64,000 bases of DNA from an uncultured Bacilli bacterium (GTDB taxonomy: Bacteria; Bacillota_I; Bacilli_A; RFN20; CAG-449), in the NCBI GenBank assembly GCA_947626895.1, contig CANQTY010000002.1, positions 6,318 to 70,317 on the forward strand, written 5' to 3'. The translations under genes and the position numbers were made by a program. Of this stretch, positions 58,229-64,000 are shown piece after piece. The notes beneath the pieces were generated by a model that saw only the letters and a list, made by a program, of their open reading frames with translations, had not been told where the DNA came from and ran no database searches. Numbering within the stretch: position 1 is the stretch's first letter; the number at the start of each line of letters is the position of its first letter.

Positions 58229-60763
58229 TTAATCATTAATACCTGGAACAATATTTTCTTCGGGTTCTGTTGAAATACGTCTAGTTTTTTCTTCTTTTTT
58301 CTTCTTCGATTTATCGGATCGATGAGGAACAAGTTTCTTTAAGAAAGTTAATTTAAGATGTCTTTCTGAGAAGAGATATAAAGGAATAAAGATTCCTAAA
58401 ATCGCACATAATCCAACACTTAAGCACCCCATAGAGATAACATATAATGAATACATTTCTCCTGGAGAGATTAGTAATAAAGCTAAACTAGCAAGTAAGA
58501 TTGCTCCATAAGTAATTAACATTGGAGTAATTGATCTTTTAAGCGCTAGAGTAGCGATTTCTTTTCGATCATCATAAGTAAATACTTTATTTTTTGATTC
58601 TTTAACAATTTGTCCGTAGCGGACTAATGGGATAAATTCAAGTAAGGTGGTAAGAATGACTCCTGCAAGAAGAGCAATACCGACATTACTAGAAACGGGA
58701 ATTCTTGATAAAGCTAAGATTCCTGTCGTAACTAAAACCGTTAAAATTGTCACAACAATTGATGGGATAGTAAATGTATATCGATAACGAATGACAATGT
58801 AAATTACCGCGCAAATAGAGGTTACTAAGATAAGCAATAAAGCATTATTGAAATTAGATTCTGACACTTGAGGAACAACAGTTAAGAAGTAAATTGAATC
58901 ATAAGTTTCATCTTCTGAAGCTGCTGGACTAAATTCTAATTCATAATTTTGGCTTAAATAGTTAATAATTTGATCACGAGTTTCATCATTTTCATCATTT
59001 AAAACAGAATAATTAAATGAAGCATTAACGAAATATAATTGATCTTTTCCATCAAGATCATTTGGATCAGTTTCAATGGAAATCGAAATTTCATTCGGAG
59101 TTAAATTAAATTGTTTATAGAAGTTTTTCACTGCTTCTTCTGTAGCAAAATGTTCTTCTCCGTTGCGGTCAACGATTTGAACTGTTGTATAACTATCAAA
59201 TTCATTCGTATATCTAAATGTTGTAGATACAAATGAGAATAAGACAATCGAAGCAATAGAAACAAGAGCTAAAATTCCACTTATTAAGAAATTACGTTTT
59301 TGATGTTTGGTAGAATCATAATGTTCATGTTCCCCAAAGTAAGTTTGTGATTCTTCTTTATTAACATCAGGAATACGATCAACTTTCACTGCGAATAATT
59401 CTTTCTTTTGTGCAACTTTTGAATTGCAGAACCAATAGAGTAATAAGCGCGTAATAAATAAGCATACGAAGATATTAACTATGGAAGCAATAATTAAATA
59501 TAAGCTAAAGTTAATCATAGAATTACGCGATAATAAGGCAATTACAATTGAAGTTAATAATGTAAATACACTAGCATCCACCGCGGTAGAAACACATCTT
59601 TTAAATCCTTCTTTATTTGCTTTTGTAGGAGTTCTACCTTTATATAATTCATTCTTTAATCTTTCTAGATATGCTGTGATAATTACTACACCAATTGCTA
59701 AAGCAACTACATAACTTACAAGATAGAATGGAGATAATGCTAAACCAAAGAAATTATAAATTGCAGTAATTAAGAATAAGGAAAGCATTAAGGATACTGA
59801 ACCAATAAAGCCTCCAACTCCATATTTAAAGATTAATACGACGGAAGCAACAATAAACGCTACGACCGCAGCAATAGATACTTTAAGTAAAGCATCACTT
59901 CCATATTGAGCAGGAATGGTATCAACATGTAGACGAGTGATGGAGAAATTAACTTTTGGACTATTTAATAAACGTTCTACTGAATGTGCTGATTCGGCAT
60001 ATAACGTACTTGTAGAAACACCACTTGTCACAAAACCTATTTTATCGATTTTTAATTTTGGAGCAGTGCCTTCACTACCACTTGTAAAAGCACTAGATTC
60101 AAGAACACAAAGGATTTTATCTTGCATTTTTTGTTGTTCAAGAGTAATACCTTTACACGCTTCTTCATAAGAATCTACATTATCCACATAATTTGTCCAA
60201 ACGATAAGACGATCGCCTGATTCTTCGCTATTTTCTTCACTTGGAGCAACATACGTATCAAGTTTAGATCCCACATCTTCTTGGAAATCATTCGTGGTTT
60301 CTACTTCAATATAAGCTGCAGAACCATCATAATTAACACTCGCGGTGCCTCTTATAATATCATCGCCTTCTTCTGTACGATCATTATCATGCGTTGTAAT
60401 CCAAATATCTCCATAAGTTTCAACACTTCTTAAGATATTTGTCAAAGAATTTTCCATGCCTGCTAAACGAACTTTGATTTGATAATATGCATCTCCACCC
60501 ATCGTAGGTTCTAATTCTTCTTCTGTATAGACATAATAATCTTTTGCTCCACTAGCTTCGAGTCGTGATGTAAAAATATCAGCGACATCTTGAATGGAAA
60601 AATCGTTTTCTTCATCTTCATTTGGAGTAATTCTATAAGTTACTTCTGTTCCCGTAGAATATTCTAGTCCAGAACGGAATGAATAATATTGACCTTGTAT
60701 ATTAAAAATGACAATTGCAATAAAAGAAAATGCCATAATCAGAAACGCATAAAACCGACGCAT
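58229..60763 (-). CDS. SecDF-like RND-superfamily membrane protein (12 TM helices with two large extracytoplasmic loops).
   Basis: Topology TM1 + ~300-aa loop + 5 TM, then a ~140-aa loop + 5 TM. A GGAGG ribosome-binding site precedes MRRFYAF. Its adjacency to recJ mirrors the Bacillus secDF-recJ arrangement. Confidence 0.5.
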   Translation of the reverse strand: MRRFYAFLIMAFSFIAIVIFNIQGQYYSFRSGLEYSTGTEVTYRITPNEDEENDFSIQDVADIFTSRLEASGAKDYYVYTEEELEPTMGGDAYYQIKVRLAGMENSLTNILRSVETYGDIWITTHDNDRTEEGDDIIRGTASVNYDGSAAYIEVETTNDFQEDVGSKLDTYVAPSEENSEESGDRLIVWTNYVDNVDSYEEACKGITLEQQKMQDKILCVLESSAFTSGSEGTAPKLKIDKIGFVTSGVSTSTLYAESAHSVERLLNSPKVNFSITRLHVDTIPAQYGSDALLKVSIAAVVAFIVASVVLIFKYGVGGFIGSVSLMLSLFLITAIYNFFGLALSPFYLVSYVVALAIGVVIITAYLERLKNELYKGRTPTKANKEGFKRCVSTAVDASVFTLLTSIVIALLSRNSMINFSLYLIIASIVNIFVCLFITRLLLYWFCNSKVAQKKELFAVKVDRIPDVNKEESQTYFGEHEHYDSTKHQKRNFLISGILALVSIASIVLFSFVSTTFRYTNEFDSYTTVQIVDRNGEEHFATEEAVKNFYKQFNLTPNEISISIETDPNDLDGKDQLYFVNASFNYSVLNDENDETRDQIINYLSQNYELEFSPAASEDETYDSIYFLTVVPQVSESNFNNALLLILVTSICAVIYIVIRYRYTFTIPSIVVTILTVLVTTGILALSRIPVSSNVGIALLAGVILTTLLEFIPLVRYGQIVKESKNKVFTYDDRKEIATLALKRSITPMLITYGAILLASLALLLISPGEMYSLYVISMGCLSVGLCAILGIFIPLYLFSERHLKLTFLKKLVPHRSDKSKKKKEEKTRRISTEPEENIVPGIND

Positions 60764-60917
60764 GGATAATCCTCCTAGTTCTACTTTAATTTTCTTCTTT
60801 CTATAATGGAAATGGAAAGAAAAAATCGATTGTTCTTTCTTCTTTATAAAGAAGAAATACAATATGCCTTATCAATATAGCATTTAGCAAGTCTCATTTC
60901 AAGAATGGAGAGAGAAA

Positions 60918-62246
60918 ATGACAAAAAAATATTTATGGAAAACCTTTTTAAGTATTTTACTTGTTTCCCTAATTTCTAAAGGCTTTTCTTTACTATCAAA
61001 AATCGCTTTAACTTCTTCATTATCTTTAGAATCCATGACGTTATTTGGTTTAATTAATCCCTTGATGGTTTTAATTATAACTCTTTCCTCTTTTTCCTTA
61101 CCTAATGTCTTATCATGTTTAATTGCTTCCAATCCAAAAAAAAGCAAAAAATACTTCATTACTGCCTTTATTTTTGTTTCTTTATTCTCACTTATTTTAA
61201 TCCTACTAATTTTATTTTTCGGTGATTTTATTGCTATTACTCTATTTAAAAATGAAAATACCATTTATATCATTGATTCCTTTATGTATTTTATTCCAAT
61301 TATCAGTTATTCTAGTCTCATTAAAGGCTATTTTTTAGGAAATAAAGAAACTTTATTTACGACTTCTAGTCAATTATTCGAGGAAGGTAGTCGTTTGATT
61401 TTTAATCTATTTATTGTCGAATTATTGATGTCTAGTGATACTTCAAAAAACGCCTCTTTATGTGTGTTATCTTTAGCCATTGGAGAAATTTTTCAAATTC
61501 TTTTCTTACTTTTGTTTTCCAATAAGAAATATATAAAACGCTATAAAAAAATATGGATAAAAGACAATTTAGAGCTTAAAAAAACAGGAAAAGAAATGAT
61601 GTCGCTAGCGCTTCCTATGACGTTATCTAGAATTGTTGGGTCTCTGACTTATTGTCTAGAACCAATGATTATAATGTCGATATTAATAGGAAATATCGAT
61701 AGAAACACTTTGACCTTCAATTATGGAATTTTAACTAGCTATGTGATGCCTTTATTACTTCTTCCTGGCTTTTTTTCTCTTGCACTTTCCAATTATTTAT
61801 TACCTCATTTATCTTCTTATTATGAAAATAATGAATTGCAGAAAGCTAAAAGTATCTTAAAAAATATTCTTTTATTATGTAGCATTATCGGTTTATTTTT
61901 TTCACTTTTCTTCTTCTTTTTTGGAGGGAATCTTTTAGAAATTTTTTATCATACAACCTATGGAAAAGATGAAATTAAAATTTTAGCACTTCCTTTTTTT
62001 ATTTACTATTTAGAAACACCAATCAATATTACAATGAACGCTTTAAAATTATCCTCGAATGCCTTTAAAGTGACGATTATATCTAGTATTGTTAGAATTA
62101 TTTTACTCTTTATTTTAACCCCAAGAATAGGTGTTTTTGCAGTTGCACTTGCAACATTATCATCATGTACAATTGATGTAATCATCAATTCGCTATTGAT
62201 TTTTAGAGCCTTCAAAAGGAAGAAAAAAGAAATGATGATCTTTTAA
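60918..62246 (+). CDS. MOP-superfamily flippase (SpoVB/MurJ/Wzx-like polysaccharide or lipid-II exporter).
   Basis: 442 aa with roughly 12-14 TM helices and a SpoVB-like N-terminus. Confidence 0.55.
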   Translation: MTKKYLWKTFLSILLVSLISKGFSLLSKIALTSSLSLESMTLFGLINPLMVLIITLSSFSLPNVLSCLIASNPKKSKKYFITAFIFVSLFSLILILLILFFGDFIAITLFKNENTIYIIDSFMYFIPIISYSSLIKGYFLGNKETLFTTSSQLFEEGSRLIFNLFIVELLMSSDTSKNASLCVLSLAIGEIFQILFLLLFSNKKYIKRYKKIWIKDNLELKKTGKEMMSLALPMTLSRIVGSLTYCLEPMIIMSILIGNIDRNTLTFNYGILTSYVMPLLLLPGFFSLALSNYLLPHLSSYYENNELQKAKSILKNILLLCSIIGLFFSLFFFFFGGNLLEIFYHTTYGKDEIKILALPFFIYYLETPINITMNALKLSSNAFKVTIISSIVRIILLFILTPRIGVFAVALATLSSCTIDVIINSLLIFRAFKRKKKEMMIF

Positions 62247-62855
62247 ATATTCTCCATAATAGATTTCACTTACTTCTTTATAACCGCTTTTTGCAATTTC
62301 TTTATACAATTCTTCTTGACTCATCTTGATGTTTTTTAAAGCTTCAAAATTGATTTTTCCATCTTCAATAATCGGCTCGGGATAGCCAATGATTTGCTGT
62401 TCTTTTTTAATGATGGATAAACTTCCATTTCCTTCTAGAAGAGCAAAAGCAACTTCTTGAATTGATTGGATATCTTTACTTCTTAGTTGCATCATTAAAT
62501 CATCTAGATTATAACGATTCTTTTTTAATTCATCTTGTCTTATTTTCCCATCGATAATAAGATAGGTCGGTTTCCCTTCCATATAGATTCTAATTTTTTT
62601 AAACTTTAAAGATAAAAAGGCCGTAATTAATTGTAAAACCATAATGATGAGAATCGGTAAGATAGAATGCCATAAAGATGATTTTGCATCATTTAGAGAT
62701 AAAGAAAATAATTCTGACATGACTAAAAATACAACCATATCAAAGGTAGATATTTCTCCAACTTCCCTTTTTCCCATAATTTTTAAAACAATAAACAGAA
62801 AAAAATAACAAAAAATTGTTTTACCCCCAATAAAAAGTGCATCTAAAAGTGACAT
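62193..62855 (-). CDS. YetF/DUF421-family membrane protein.
   Basis: N-terminal TM helices (…FLFIVLKIMGKREVGEISTFDMVVFLVMSELFS) and a C-terminal DUF421-like soluble domain. Confidence 0.6.
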   Translation of the reverse strand: MSLLDALFIGGKTIFCYFFLFIVLKIMGKREVGEISTFDMVVFLVMSELFSLSLNDAKSSLWHSILPILIIMVLQLITAFLSLKFKKIRIYMEGKPTYLIIDGKIRQDELKKNRYNLDDLMMQLRSKDIQSIQEVAFALLEGNGSLSIIKKEQQIIGYPEPIIEDGKINFEALKNIKMSQEELYKEIAKSGYKEVSEIYYGEYLKDHHFFFLPFEGSKNQ

Positions 62856-62895
62856 AGTTTTCCTTTCATTTTCATAAATTCATAAGGGTGAATCT

Positions 62896-63261
62896 ATGAA
62901 AAAAACTTTAATCAATTTTAGTATTTCCTTTGGTTTTATTTTCATTCTTTCTTTAATTTTTATTGCTCTAATAAGTGTTTTAACGATGAATCATATCATT
63001 TCATATACACTTGGTGAGCAGATTAATTATTCTTTAAGTGTTCTACTCTTTTTCTTTTTTGCCTTTATCTTTGCGCATAAGCAAAAAAGACACGGATTAC
63101 TACATGGGTTAATTCTTGGAACAATCTATTTTCTTCTTACCATTTTAATTTCCAATACGTTGCACATTGGTACTCCTATTATTTTAGAATTATCAAAAAC
63201 TTTTGCTCTTATATTCGGTAGTGTTCTAGGAGTTAATTTTGTAAAAGAAACTAAAAATTAA
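62896..63261 (+). CDS. Small 4-TM membrane protein, hypothetical.
   Basis: 121-aa ORF with an RBS-like sequence upstream and hydrophobic helices. Confidence 0.4.
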   Translation: MKKTLINFSISFGFIFILSLIFIALISVLTMNHIISYTLGEQINYSLSVLLFFFFAFIFAHKQKRHGLLHGLILGTIYFLLTILISNTLHIGTPIILELSKTFALIFGSVLGVNFVKETKN

Positions 63262-64000
63262 ATAAATCTACTTTAAAATGTTTATATGCTTTTTCTGTTG
63301 CCATACGACCCCTAGAAGTCTTATTAATAAAGCCAAGTTTTAAAAGATATGGTTCATAAACTTCTTCTAAATTACGAATTTCTTCTCCAATAGCGCTAGC
63401 AAGCGTTTCAAGACCTACAGGACCACCATTAAAACGTTTCATAAGTGTCATTAAGTATTTCACATCTGTCTCATCTAAGCCAATGGGGTCGATTTTCATT
63501 TGCTTTAAACTTTCTTCACAGATGTTTAAATCGATATGATCATAATCATGATAATTTGCAAAATCACGTACTCTTCGATAAATACGATTAGCAATTCTAG
63601 GCGTAGATCTTGATCGCTCTGCAATGGTTTTTGCAGCATCTAAATCTATGGGTGTAGCAAATACTCTTGAGGTTCTTAAAACGATTTGAGTTAATTCCTC
63701 AATTGAATAATAATCTAAACGAGACACGATGCCAAAACGGTCTCTTAAAGGCGAAGATAAATCACCAGGTTTCGTCGTCGCACCAATTAAAGTAAAGGGA
63801 GGTAAGGCAAGAGAAAAGGTTTTTGCATCTTCATCTCGACCTGTAACAATATTGATGATAAAATCTTCCATCGCTGGATATAAAACTTCTTCAACTACCC
63901 GAGGAATACGATGAATTTCATCAATAAATAAAATATCTCCAGGACCTAGTGTTGATAAAATAGCAGCAAGATCGCCAGGTTTTTCAATAGATGGACCATT
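63251..64000 (-). CDS. ruvB: Holliday junction helicase RuvB, C-terminal part (the N-terminus lies beyond the window edge).
   Basis: …[54 protein letters not shown]… AAA+ sensor region followed by the winged-helix C-terminus. Confidence 0.9.
   Translation of the reverse strand, partial: NGPSIEKPGDLAAILSTLGPGDILFIDEIHRIPRVVEEVLYPAMEDFIINIVTGRDEDAKTFSLALPPFTLIGATTKPGDLSSPLRDRFGIVSRLDYYSIEELTQIVLRTSRVFATPIDLDAAKTIAERSRSTPRIANRIYRRVRDFANYHDYDHIDLNICEESLKQMKIDPIGLDETDVKYLMTLMKRFNGGPVGLETLASAIGEEIRNLEEVYEPYLLKLGFINKTSRGRMATEKAYKHFKVDLFNF

Noticed and set aside
59481-60170. Plus-strand ORFs inside the SecDF-like gene
   Set aside because: Antisense shadow ORFs within a 12-TM coding region.
1-64000. 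Search for CRISPR arrays, rRNA, tRNA, transposases and integrases
   Set aside because: There are no regularly spaced direct repeats with unique spacers, no rRNA-like conserved blocks, no convincing tRNA cloverleaf, and no transposase or integrase ORF. The accessory patches therefore lack identifiable mobility genes.

Overview
This window is low-GC (about 28-30%), uses the standard genetic code (no sign of TGA being read as Trp), and reads as chromosomal DNA from an endospore-forming Firmicute (Clostridia- or Erysipelotrichia-like). Most of it is conserved core, almost all on the minus strand: the rimP-nusA-ylxR-ylxQ-infB-rbfA operon; an rsmB-like/rlmN/prpC/prkC/rsgA/rpe/thiN block; a sigF operon (spoIIAA-spoIIAB-sigF) followed directly by spoVAC-AD-AE-AF; a sigG-sigE-spoIIGA-ftsZ-ftsA-divIB-murB-murG-ftsW-murD-mraY-murE-pbp cell-wall/division (dcw) cluster with a recJ-like gene and a secDF-like gene joined on; and the C-terminal part of ruvB at the right edge. 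A TPP riboswitch precedes a ThiT-type thiamine transporter. Several accessory patches stand out. The most interesting (about 6.8-12.9 kb) encodes a non-canonical Hsp70 paralog that is split by a frameshift, preceded by a small protein with weak, very tentative C-terminal resemblance to GrpE and followed by a coiled-coil protein with a C-terminal transmembrane hairpin. That layout recalls the E. coli HscC (Hsp70 paralog) / DjlC (membrane-anchored J-domain co-chaperone) arrangement. An AlbA_2/Schlafen-type regulator sits beside it, and its upstream region carries iteron-like TGTCATAAAT repeats. A second patch (37.6-42.4 kb) lies between the spoIIA operon and sigG-sepF: a 119-aa basic protein, an 843-aa protein containing a primary-sigma-like region 4.2 HTH but no sigma regions 2/3, and a DUF4143 AAA ATPase. 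Other findings are an RsmB homolog that has lost both catalytic cysteines, a kinase-only PrkC homolog, a double-glycine-leader peptide translationally coupled to radC, and a His/Cys-repeat protein. I found no rRNA gene or CRISPR array and recognised no tRNA.
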